This document shows, in pieces, positions 40,487-49,118 of a stretch of DNA of 64,000 nt; position 1 is the first letter of the stretch, and every line of letters starts with the position of its first letter. The notes below the pieces were generated by a model. The model did no database searches, was not told the DNA's origin, and saw nothing but the letters and a program-made list of their open reading frames with translations. Position numbers and translations under genes: made by a program. The stretch comes from Solirubrobacterales bacterium (lineage in GTDB: Bacteria; Actinomycetota; Thermoleophilia; Solirubrobacterales; Solirubrobacteraceae). The stretch covers positions 28,380 through 92,379 of the forward strand of contig DAIDME010000034.1 of assembly GCA_027449125.1 (NCBI GenBank). Reading direction: 5' to 3'.

Positions 40487-41240
40487 TGGCCAGGACCTCC
40501 TTAGCGAGCTGACGGTAGGAGTGCGCCGCGATCCCGTCGGGATCGTATTTGAGCACGGACATGCCTTTCACCGGAGCCTCGGCGAAGCGCACGGTCTTGC
40601 GAATGCGAGACGCGAACACACGGTCGCCGAAGTTCTCCTCCAGGAGCTCGATCGCCTCCTTGGCATGCAGCGTGCGGGTGTCGACCATGGTCGGCAGGAT
40701 CCCCTGGATCTCGACGTTCGGGTTGAGGTTTTCGCGGATCATCGCCAACGTGTTCTGCAACTGGATGAGCCCTCGCATCGACAGATACTCGCACTGCACG
40801 GGGACGATAACCCGGCTGGCGGCCGTCAAGGCGTTGATCGTCAGCAGACCGAGACTCGGCGGCGTGTCGATGAAGCAGTAGTCGTAGTCCTCGGCGACCT
40901 CGCGCAGAGCCCGTTCCAGCGAGCGCTCACGTCCGATCATCGTCGACATGGCTATCTCAGCCCCGGCGAGATCGATCGAGGCGCAGGCGACATCGACCTC
41001 GCGCTTGTGGATCACCTGACGGATCGGCATCTTGTGGACGAGCACGTCGTACATCGACTCTTTCAGGTTGTCCGGGTCGATCCCCTGGGACATGGTCAGG
41101 TTGCCCTGGGGGTCCATGTCGCAGCAGAGGACCCGGTAGCCCTCCTCCGCGAAAGCCGCGGCAAGGTTGAGCGTGGTGGTGGTCTTGGCGACGCCGCCCT
41201 TCTGGTTGGCGAACGCGATCACCTCGAGGCTGGCCGTCAC
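40473..41240 (-). CDS. ParA/Soj-family (deviant Walker A) ATPase, orphan (no parB adjacent)
   Basis: [24 protein letters not shown]... matches Soj-like proteins throughout. I placed the start at GTG 41240, preceded by GGAGGAG (41246-41252). Its TAA stop (40473-40475) lies inside the ftsZ ORF. Confidence 0.9.
   Translation of the reverse strand: MTASLEVIAFANQKGGVAKTTTTLNLAAAFAEEGYRVLCCDMDPQGNLTMSQGIDPDNLKESMYDVLVHKMPIRQVIHKREVDVACASIDLAGAEIAMSTMIGRERSLERALREVAEDYDYCFIDTPPSLGLLTINALTAASRVIVPVQCEYLSMRGLIQLQNTLAMIRENLNPNVEIQGILPTMVDTRTLHAKEAIELLEENFGDRVFASRIRKTVRFAEAPVKGMSVLKYDPDGIAAHSYRQLAKEVLANAHR
40495..40502 (-). promoter_or_regulatory. Shine-Dalgarno sequence for the extended ftsZ start
   Basis: The reverse complement reads AAGGAGGT, 8 nt upstream of ATG 40486. 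It is embedded in the last codons of the parA-like gene. Confidence 0.7.
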
Positions 41241-41379
41241 GGGCGCTCCTCCAAATGCGGGCGGGTTGCTGACAGACGCATACGCCGCCTGTATTCGCAG
41301 CCTGTCGCACGATTCCTGCATCCGTCCGGGGGGCCGTGGCGAACCGGAGCCGCCGCGGCCACTCGGCTATGTTCCAGGC

Positions 41380-42303
41380 GTGCTGGAACCCGCGCTGCTC
41401 AGCCGCCACCTGATCTTCATAACCGGCAAGGGAGGCGTCGGCAAGACGACCGTGGCCCTGGCGCTGGGCCAGGCCGCCGCGGCGTCGGGTCGCAGAACGA
41501 TCGTGGCCGACCTCCAGGGGGAAGGCGACGCGCGCGAGGAAGAGCTCGCGCCGGGCCTGATGCGCGTATCGATAGACCCGCAGTCGGCCATGGAGGAGTA
41601 TCTGACGGTCAAGGTGCCGTCGCCGGCCGCCCAGCTGCTGCGTCAGAGCCACCTCTTTGCGGCCTTTGCGATGGCGACTCCGGGCATGCGGGAGCTGCTG
41701 TCCATCGGCAAGCTCTGGGAGCTGGCCCAGCCGCAGCGCCGCACAGCGAATGCTCAGGCATACGATCTGGTGGTGGTGGACGCGCCGGCCTCCGGCCATG
41801 GCGCGGCGCTGCTCCGCGCCCCCCGGACCTTCGCCGAGATCGCCCGTGTCGGGCCGATCGCACATCAGGCGCGCACGATCGCGGATACGGTCTCGGACCC
41901 GGACTTCACAGCCGTGGTCGCCGCCACCACCGCCGAGGAGATGCCGGTCACCGAGACGCTCGAGCTGCGCGACTCCCTGCGCCGCGGCGCCGACCCCCTG
42001 GACCTCCACGCGGTGATCCTCAACGGCCGTTACCCGCGCCGCTTCAGCGACGGCGAGGCGCACGCCCTCCAAGCGCTCCGAGACCGCAGCCAGACGCCCG
42101 CTCAGCTGCGCCAGATGCTGGACGCAGGCCTCGCCGAACACGCTCGTGCGCACCTGCAGGAGCAGCAGGAGCAGCGCCTGATGTCGGCCTTCCCGGACGC
42201 AGTGATCACCCTCCCCTACCTCTTCGAGCCTGCACTGGAGCTACCGCAGCTCTCGCTGCTCGCCGCCGAGTTGCGCGCGCAGATCGCCGGAGCCGGCGCA
42301 TGA
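41380..42303 (+). CDS. ArsA/Get3-like P-loop ATPase, paralog 1
   Basis: LIFITGKGGVGKTTVALALG... and DLVVVDAPASGHG. I placed the start at GTG 41380. Its stop overlaps the ATG of paralog 2 (ATGA at 42300-42303). Confidence 0.8.
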   Translation: MLEPALLSRHLIFITGKGGVGKTTVALALGQAAAASGRRTIVADLQGEGDAREEELAPGLMRVSIDPQSAMEEYLTVKVPSPAAQLLRQSHLFAAFAMATPGMRELLSIGKLWELAQPQRRTANAQAYDLVVVDAPASGHGAALLRAPRTFAEIARVGPIAHQARTIADTVSDPDFTAVVAATTAEEMPVTETLELRDSLRRGADPLDLHAVILNGRYPRRFSDGEAHALQALRDRSQTPAQLRQMLDAGLAEHARAHLQEQQEQRLMSAFPDAVITLPYLFEPALELPQLSLLAAELRAQIAGAGA

Positions 42304-43427
42304 GCACGGCTGCTGGTCACGACCAGGGCGATGCCGCACAGCTGCTCGCCGGTCGCCGCATCTGCGTCTGCGTGGGCGCGGGCGGCGTGGGCAAGACTAC
42401 TACGGCTGCCGCGCTGGCGATCGGCATGGCGATGCGCGGCCTGAAGGTGGTCGTGGTGACGATCGACCCGGCCAGGAGGCTGGCCAACGCGCTTGGGCTG
42501 GAGAGCCTCGACAACGAGCCCCGGCGCGTGCTCGGGGGCGAGCGCAGTGATGCTCGGACCGCGGCGATGCCGGAGATCAGCGGGGAGCTGTGGGCGGTGA
42601 TGCTAGACCCCAAGCGGACTTTCGACGAGCTGATCGATCGGGTTGCGCCGACGCCGCAGCGCGCCGCAGAGATCAAGCGCAACGGCGTCTACCGGCAGCT
42701 GTCGGGCGCCGTTGCCGGTTCACAGGAGTTCACGGCCATAGAAAAGCTGTATGAGCTCGCCGAGGACGACTACGACCTGCTTGTGCTCGACACCCCCCCG
42801 GCCCACAGCGCCACCGAGTTTCTGAACGCACCCGGGCGCCTGACGGCATTCCTCGGCGGCGGCGCACTGCAGACGCTGCTGCGCCCCACCGGGCTGGGGA
42901 TGCGCCTGCTCGGCATCGGCGCATCGCCGCTGCTGGCCGCGCTGCGGCTCGTCACCGGCGTAGACCTGCTGACGGACCTGACCCGCTTCCTGACGCTGAT
43001 CGGCGGGATGACCGGCGAGTTCAGCGCGCGCGCGGCGAGAGTGGAGGCTTTGCTGCACGCGCAGACAACGGGATTCGTGCTCGTCACCACCGCCCAGACT
43101 CACCCGGTGCAGGAGGCGATCTGGTTTCGCGATACGCTGCGCGCGAGCAGCATGCCCTTCGCCGGCACGATCGTCAACCGGGTCGCACCTGTGGTGGCGC
43201 CGTCGACGCAAGCTGTCGGGGAGAGCCCTCTGCCAGCTGCCCTCGCGGATCGTCTGCTGGCCTGCGCCGAGGACCACGCGATCCTTGCCAACCGTGACCG
43301 GGCGAACGTCGCGCGCCTGCGCGAGCGGTTCGGCGACGAGCCGCTCTTGATCGTTCCCGACCTGGACGAGCGCCTGACCGATGTGGACGGGCTGGTCATG
43401 ATCCAACGCGAGCTCTTCCGTGTCTGA
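42300..43427 (+). CDS. ArsA/Get3-like P-loop ATPase, paralog 2
   Basis: This is the last 375 aa of the listed 1073-aa ORF: ICVCVGAGGVGKTTTAAALAIGMA...VVTIDPARRLANALGL...LLVLDTPPAHS. Confidence 0.85.
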   Translation: MSTAAGHDQGDAAQLLAGRRICVCVGAGGVGKTTTAAALAIGMAMRGLKVVVVTIDPARRLANALGLESLDNEPRRVLGGERSDARTAAMPEISGELWAVMLDPKRTFDELIDRVAPTPQRAAEIKRNGVYRQLSGAVAGSQEFTAIEKLYELAEDDYDLLVLDTPPAHSATEFLNAPGRLTAFLGGGALQTLLRPTGLGMRLLGIGASPLLAALRLVTGVDLLTDLTRFLTLIGGMTGEFSARAARVEALLHAQTTGFVLVTTAQTHPVQEAIWFRDTLRASSMPFAGTIVNRVAPVVAPSTQAVGESPLPAALADRLLACAEDHAILANRDRANVARLRERFGDEPLLIVPDLDERLTDVDGLVMIQRELFRV

Positions 43428-44637
43428 GGCCGGCAAAGCTGGGCTGATGGCGGTGGACGCGGCGCTGGCCGCGATCCTCGCGCAGGCGCAACCGCTCCCG
43501 GCTGAGACGGTGTCGCTGACCCACAGCCACGGCCGTTACCTCGCGGTCGACGTGGCTGCGCCGCTCGACCTGCCGCCGTTCCGGGCATCGGCGCTGGACG
43601 GCTTCGCCGTGCGGCACGCCGACACTCCCGGCCGGCTGCGCATCGTCGGCGAGTCCGCGGCCGGAGCGCCGTACGGCGAGCCGCTCGGCGCGGGCGAAGC
43701 CGTTCTGATCTCCACCGGGGCGGTGGTCCCGGACGGCGCGGATGCGGTCGTGCCAGTCGAGTGGGTTCCCGACGCCGGCGGCGAGACGCTGCTGGTGCCG
43801 GAGCGGGTGAACGATCAGAACGCCATCCGCGCGGCCGGAAGCGATGTCAGACAGGGCACCGTGACGCTCGCGCGCGGCACCCGCATGAGCGCCGTCCACA
43901 TCGGCACGGCGGCGGCACTGGGGCTCGGCCGGCTGCTCTGCGGCCGGCCCCCGAGCGTCGCGGTGCTGGCCACCGGCAGCGAGCTGCGCCAGCCTGGAGA
44001 CAGGCTCGCTCCGGGGCAGATCTACAACTCAAACGCGCCGATGCTGGCGAGCGCGCTGGCGACGGCCGGCGCCTCCGTGACGCTGCTGGCGGCGGCAGCC
44101 GACACGCAAACGGAGCACCGTGAGGCGGTGGCGCTCGCGCTCGAGCACGACGTGATGGTCAGCACCGGCGGCGTCTCGGTCGGCGGCCACGACCTGGTGC
44201 GAGAGGTGATGGCCGAGCTGGGCGTGCACGAGCTCTTCTGGCGGGTTGCCATGAAGCCGGGCAAGCCGCTCAGCTTCGGCGTCCGAACACAGCCGGACGG
44301 CCGCCGTACGCTCGTCTTCGGCGTGCCCGGCAACCCGGTGTCGGCGCTGGTCTGTTTCGAGCTCTTCGTGCGGCCGGCGGTGGCGGCGCTCCAGGGCGCG
44401 AGGGACCCGGGGCCGCACTACGCGCCCGGCACCCTGGCCTCGAGCATTCGCCGTGACCCTGGTCGCGATCAGCTGATCCGCGTCCGGCGTGCCGCGGGCG
44501 GTGCGCTCGAGCCGCTGCGGGGGCAGCAGTCACACCAGCTGGCCGAGCTGGCCGGCGCCGACGGACTCGCGCGGATCCGTGCGGGTGCCGACGAGCTGGC
44601 CGCCGGCACCGTTGTCGATTACCTGCCGCTGCGCTGA
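43420..44637 (+). CDS. moeA: molybdopterin molybdenumtransferase
   Basis: 405-aa ORF that is MoeA-like throughout (PPFRASALDGFAV, VSTGGVSVGGHDLV, VFGVPGNPVSALV). GTG 43420 overlaps the arsA-like stop. ATG 43447 is an alternative start. Confidence 0.92.
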   Translation: MSEAGKAGLMAVDAALAAILAQAQPLPAETVSLTHSHGRYLAVDVAAPLDLPPFRASALDGFAVRHADTPGRLRIVGESAAGAPYGEPLGAGEAVLISTGAVVPDGADAVVPVEWVPDAGGETLLVPERVNDQNAIRAAGSDVRQGTVTLARGTRMSAVHIGTAAALGLGRLLCGRPPSVAVLATGSELRQPGDRLAPGQIYNSNAPMLASALATAGASVTLLAAAADTQTEHREAVALALEHDVMVSTGGVSVGGHDLVREVMAELGVHELFWRVAMKPGKPLSFGVRTQPDGRRTLVFGVPGNPVSALVCFELFVRPAVAALQGARDPGPHYAPGTLASSIRRDPGRDQLIRVRRAAGGALEPLRGQQSHQLAELAGADGLARIRAGADELAAGTVVDYLPLR

Positions 44638-45176
44638 GGCCGAACCGCCGCCGCATCAGCTGAGGCGACCGGCGAGAGCTCTGCGACGCCGCTCACGAGC
44701 AGCTGCCACACCACCTGCGCAGACAGCTCCCGGCAGGCGGCCGGCGAGCCGTCGGGCAGCAGCTCGCCGGCGAGCGCCAGGATGTCGGGAGCGGCTGTTG
44801 GGCCGGCCGAGAGCCGGCCCAACAGCCGCTCCCGAAGCCGTTCACGCTGACCGCGCTCATCCCCCGCAAAGGGTGCGGCAACGCGCGCCCGCGCATGCTC
44901 GCGGGCAGCGGCAAGCACACGCGCGGTGACATCCTTCGCGGTGCGCTCGGCGTTCTGCCAGCCGCGCCCGAGCGCCAGCTGGTCGGTGCGCAGCACCGCC
45001 CCCTCGTAGACCGTGAGCTGCGTCTCGCGCGGGGCGAACTCGTGGCCCTCGACCGAGAACTCCTCACCGGCGAGCAGCGGCTCGAGGAACCCATGCCAGA
45101 GCTCGGCATCGCCGAGATTGAAGCGGCGGACCACGTGCATCCCCATCCGGAGCTCGGCGTGAAACATGCGCCGCAC
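44619..45176 (-). CDS. hypothetical protein
   Basis: 185-aa ORF with high third-position GC across my hand translation. I recognised no motif. It starts 24 nt downstream of the 432-aa gene. Its 3' end overlaps the moeA 3' end by 19 nt. Confidence 0.65.
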   Translation of the reverse strand: MRRMFHAELRMGMHVVRRFNLGDAELWHGFLEPLLAGEEFSVEGHEFAPRETQLTVYEGAVLRTDQLALGRGWQNAERTAKDVTARVLAAAREHARARVAAPFAGDERGQRERLRERLLGRLSAGPTAAPDILALAGELLPDGSPAACRELSAQVVWQLLVSGVAELSPVASADAAAVRPQRSGR

Positions 45177-45200
45177 CCTACAGCGCGGAGCCTGCGACCG

Positions 45201-46499
45201 TCACACCAGTGCAGCGTCCAGCTCCTCGACGGCTTGGCCGAGGAGCTCGTCGGCGACGGTGCACAGGTCGGCGTCCAGATGCCCGCACAGCACGTCCCGC
45301 AGGATCGCGCGCAGATTGTCGGCAAGCTCGACGGCGAGCTCCATGCCCTCGGACCCGTCCGAGACCATGCCCGTGATCACCGAGCGCTCGAGCGCGATCG
45401 CCCGAGCCGCCCGCGCGGCCGCCGCGGCCCGATCACCAGGACCGGCGCAGATCATCGCCAGTCGCTGAGCGAGACGCCCGCTCGCCGGCCCTTCCGGCTC
45501 CAGCAACGCCCGCAGCGCCAGCAGATGGTCGCTCAACGCCTGGTACGGCGTCGCGCGCTCGCAGCCCATCTCAAACCGAGCGAGCGCCCAGGACAGCTCG
45601 CCGGCTCCCGAGCTGTCGAGCCCGTGCCCGTGCGCGGAGCCCGGCAGCCGGCGGCCTATCAGGCTGCAGAAGGCGCGCAACTCGTCCTCGGCGGCCCGTG
45701 GGATCAAGGTCAGTTGCCGTGAGCGACCACCGGTGCCGATCGCGACCGGGGACCAGGCTCCGGAGTCGACCCGCGAGTAGCCGACGGCACTCAGCGCGAA
45801 GTCGCCGCGCTCGAACAGGCGCAGCGCTGTGAGCACGCGCTGGAAGCGCGCACGGGCAAAGGCGACCGACGGTCGCGCGTCGCGCTCATGCGCCACCCGC
45901 GCGACCAAGAGCAACGGCGGCTGCGCGGCATCGGCCAGCTCGGCGGGTGCGGCCGCCAGGGCGCCGGCACGCTGCAGCGAGACCCCGTCGCCCAGCGCCA
46001 GCTCATCGGTCTTGGGGTCCAGGTCGATGCCCAGCACGGCGACCACGACCTCCGTGACGTGGCGACCCTCATAGATCGCCTGCTCCAGCTCCTCGTAGGC
46101 GGCGCTGAAGCGCAGCTCGTCGACCGCGAAGTCGGTGCGCTCGCAGAACACCCGGGACAGGAATCGAAGGACAACGGCCACCGCCCGCTCGCGGGGCTGC
46201 TCCGGCACGAGGTCGCGACCCGCCATGCTGCGCAGGTACAGGTCGAGGCCGCCGACGCCCGCGAGCGTCCTGACCACCGGCAGGAAGCTGGGGAGCTCCG
46301 TCAGCAGGCCGAGACGCTCGCCGATGTAATCCCCGGTGAGCGGCCTGTAGCAGTAGAGCGCGGGGCGCCCCCGGTGTGTCTCAGCGCTGGAGATGACATC
46401 GAAGCGAACCTCGTCGCCACTTGCCACCGCGCGGTCCAGACGGATGCCCGCCGCGACCGTGAAGGCCTCGAGCAGGCCGTGAAGAGTCGGGTTTCTCAC
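45201..46499 (-). CDS. hypothetical protein (432 aa)
   Basis: Long uninterrupted ORF downstream of hxlR. It has no P-loop and no nuclease or metal motif that I can recognise. It is Ala/Leu/Arg-rich. Confidence 0.65.
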   Translation of the reverse strand: MRNPTLHGLLEAFTVAAGIRLDRAVASGDEVRFDVISSAETHRGRPALYCYRPLTGDYIGERLGLLTELPSFLPVVRTLAGVGGLDLYLRSMAGRDLVPEQPRERAVAVVLRFLSRVFCERTDFAVDELRFSAAYEELEQAIYEGRHVTEVVVAVLGIDLDPKTDELALGDGVSLQRAGALAAAPAELADAAQPPLLLVARVAHERDARPSVAFARARFQRVLTALRLFERGDFALSAVGYSRVDSGAWSPVAIGTGGRSRQLTLIPRAAEDELRAFCSLIGRRLPGSAHGHGLDSSGAGELSWALARFEMGCERATPYQALSDHLLALRALLEPEGPASGRLAQRLAMICAGPGDRAAAAARAARAIALERSVITGMVSDGSEGMELAVELADNLRAILRDVLCGHLDADLCTVADELLGQAVEELDAALV

Positions 46500-46583
46500 G
46501 CCCTGCTTGTTCGGCAGCGGCGACCCGCGTCCTGCCCGTGAGATGGTGGTTGCAGCTCAGCCGGCCGGCGGGCGGGGCGCGAG

Positions 46584-46967
46584 TCAGGACGCAGCCAGCG
46601 CGGCCAGCCGCCACCCGGAAGCCACGTCGTCTGTGTCGGGCGGCGCCTGCTCGCACTCACCACCCAGCCACCGCAAGCCGTAGGCGCGCATGTCGTCGAT
46701 CAGCGGCACGAGCGCCCTGCCCTTCTCGGTGAGCGCATACTCAACCCTCGGAGGCACCTCTGGAAAGGTCGTGCGGGCCACGATCCCCTCCTCTTCGAGC
46801 GCCCGCAGCCGCAGCGACAGCGTGCGCGGACTGATGCCCGCCAGCGCCCGCTCCAGCTCGCAGAAGCGCGAGTGACCTTCGGCCAACTCCTTGACGAGCA
46901 GCAGGGTCCACTTGCCGCAGACCACCTCGGCGGTTCGGCAGACGGGACAGGAATCTGGAGAGGACAT
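46584..46967 (-). CDS. HxlR-family transcriptional regulator
   Basis: CPVCRTAEVVCGKWTLLLVKELAEGHSRFCELERALAGISPRTLSLRLRALEEEGIV..RVEYALTEKG. I placed the start at ATG 46967; the listed ORF reaches 47018. Confidence 0.88.
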   Translation of the reverse strand: MSSPDSCPVCRTAEVVCGKWTLLLVKELAEGHSRFCELERALAGISPRTLSLRLRALEEEGIVARTTFPEVPPRVEYALTEKGRALVPLIDDMRAYGLRWLGGECEQAPPDTDDVASGWRLAALAAS

Positions 46968-47036
46968 CGCTCGAAGCCAGAGTCTAGCGCTCGCTTCAGA
47001 CTCTGAAGCGAGCGCCAACGCGTCCAGCCGGCGGCG

Positions 47037-48137
47037 CTAGGCGACGTCTCGCAGCTTCTGCGCCTCGGCGAGCGACTGCAGCTTCTTGAGCGACTGGTTC
47101 TCGATCTGGCGGATGCGCTCGCGGGTGACGTTGAACGTCCGCCCGACCTCGTCCAGGGTCCGCGGATGCTCACCGCCGAGGCCGTAACGGAGCTCGAGCA
47201 CGCGGCGTTCCCGGTAGCTCAGGTTCTCGAGCGCCTCCCGCAACGCCTCCTTGGTGAGGATCTCGGCGGCGCGCTCATACGGCGACTCGGCGCGCTCGTC
47301 GGCGATGAACTGGCCGAACTCGGACTCCTCCTCGTCGCCGACGGGCTTCTCGAGCGAGACCGGCGCCTGCGCCGAGCGCTTGATCGACTCGACCTCGTCG
47401 GGCTCGATCCCGGTCACCTCTGCGATCTCCTCGGCAGTCGGCTCACGGCCGAGCTCGGTCACGAGCTTGCGTTCGGCACGGCCGATCTTGTTGAGCTTCT
47501 CGACCACATGCACGGGGATGCGGATCGTGCGCGCCTTGTCGGCCAGCGCCCGCGCGATCGCCTGGCGGATCCACCAGGTCGCGTAGGTTGAGAACTTGAA
47601 GCCCTTGCGATAGTCGAACTTCTCGGCCGCGCGCACGAGACCGAGCGTGCCCTCCTGGATCAGATCCAGGAACGGCAGGCCCTGGTTGCGGTAGTTCTTC
47701 GCGATCGAGACCACCAGACGGAGGTTGGACTCGACCATCTTCTGCTTGGCATCGAGGTCGCCGCGCTCGATCCGCTTGGCCAGGTCGACCTCTTCCTGGG
47801 CAGTCAGCAGGCGCACTTTGCCGATGTCCTTCAAGAACAGCTGCAATGAGTCGGTCGTCATGTCCGGCTTGAGGTCGAGCGCCCCCTTGGCCCGGCGGCG
47901 GCCGCGCTTGTCGGGAGCGCGCTCCACCTCCGCCTCGGCGATCGCCGGATCGACCTCCTCGACGAGCTCGATCTCCGCGCGCTCGAGGAAGCCGTGCAGC
48001 TCCTCGATATCGGTGTCGTCGAGGTCCAGTTCGGCGACCGCGCCGCTGATCTCCGAGAACGTGAGCACGCCAAGCTGCTGGCCGCGGTTGACGAGTGCCT
48101 TGATCTCTTCGAGTTCCTGCAGTTCCGCTACTGACAT
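47037..48137 (-). CDS. sigA: principal (group 1) RNA polymerase sigma factor
   Basis: Region 2 is [36 protein letters not shown], and region 4 is [28 protein letters not shown] placed the start at ATG 48137 ([16 protein letters not shown]). Confidence 0.95.
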   Translation of the reverse strand: MSVAELQELEEIKALVNRGQQLGVLTFSEISGAVAELDLDDTDIEELHGFLERAEIELVEEVDPAIAEAEVERAPDKRGRRRAKGALDLKPDMTTDSLQLFLKDIGKVRLLTAQEEVDLAKRIERGDLDAKQKMVESNLRLVVSIAKNYRNQGLPFLDLIQEGTLGLVRAAEKFDYRKGFKFSTYATWWIRQAIARALADKARTIRIPVHVVEKLNKIGRAERKLVTELGREPTAEEIAEVTGIEPDEVESIKRSAQAPVSLEKPVGDEEESEFGQFIADERAESPYERAAEILTKEALREALENLSYRERRVLELRYGLGGEHPRTLDEVGRTFNVTRERIRQIENQSLKKLQSLAEAQKLRDVA

Positions 48138-48398
48138 CTGGTTCCGTTTCCGTCGTGTTCCCAGCGGCCGAGCCGACCCCGACCGCTCGAAAGGCGGCGG
48201 CGCCCGCGTCGCGGCGCGCAGCTCACCCACTCAACCATGCGGCAATCTTACTTCGGCCGCACCCACTCATCCACTAAACGGCCGACAGACTGGAGACCTG
48301 TAGCCGTTCGCGGTGTGAGCAGACGCGCATCAGTCATCCTGCTGAAATATCGCAGGTCCGGCCGCGGACCGGTGCCGGCCGGTCACGGCAGCGCGGTG

Positions 48399-49076
48399 AT
48401 GCACAATCGGCTGGTGAAGACGGCCGTCACCTCACTCTGCGCGCTGGTCGCCTGGCTGCTCGTGCGTGACCACCGCCGCCGCGGCCTGCCGGGGCGCGCG
48501 TCGATCGTCTCGCCCCGCCACAGCACACGGGTGGCGGAGGACGGTTCGGTCCATTCGCTCCAGTCGGCGCACCTGGAGCTCCCCAGCGGGCGGCTCGAAC
48601 AGCTCTGGAACCCCGCTCAGCTCGAGAACCTGGGCCGCACCTACTGGCGCTTCCTGACGCGCGCCACGCTCGGCATCGTCCGCGTCATCTACGGTGAGCA
48701 CGAGCGCAGGGTCGTGCTGCTCACACGCCCGCTCACGCTGTTGCGCTTCGAGCCGCCCAGCTACGTGATCGAGCGCGACCACGCGAGCATCAACTGGGCG
48801 ATCCACGACGGCCTGCTCGTCTCTCACGCCGGCCGCGGCAGCGGCTATCTGACGATTCGCGTGACACGCGGGGCCGATGCGGGCGAGCCGGCCAGCCTCG
48901 ACGTGGACGTCGAGGTGGCGAACTTCTACCCGTCCATCGCCTCTCGGCTGGGCACGCCGGTCTACCGCGCGACCCAGGCGATCGTGCACGTGCTGGTCAC
49001 GCACGCGTTCCTGCGCTCGCTCGCCCGTCTGCAGCTTGCCCAGTCTCGAGTCGGCCGCCTCCGTGGCCACCGCTGA
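48399..49076 (+). CDS. hypothetical protein with N-terminal TM
   Basis: MHNRLVKTAVTSLCALVAWLLV..., with no recognised domain. It is divergent from sigA. Confidence 0.55.
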   Translation: MHNRLVKTAVTSLCALVAWLLVRDHRRRGLPGRASIVSPRHSTRVAEDGSVHSLQSAHLELPSGRLEQLWNPAQLENLGRTYWRFLTRATLGIVRVIYGEHERRVVLLTRPLTLLRFEPPSYVIERDHASINWAIHDGLLVSHAGRGSGYLTIRVTRGADAGEPASLDVDVEVANFYPSIASRLGTPVYRATQAIVHVLVTHAFLRSLARLQLAQSRVGRLRGHR

Positions 49077-49118
49077 GGGCACCTCGAGGGGCGCCCGGCA
49101 CGGACGGACCCGCGCGCT

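Noticed and set aside
40206-42299. First ~700 aa of the listed 1073-aa plus-strand ORF (40206-43427).
   Set aside because: This part runs antisense through the ftsZ 5' region and parA, then off-frame through the first ArsA-like gene. Only the final 375 aa (42300-43427) form a coherent P-loop ATPase.
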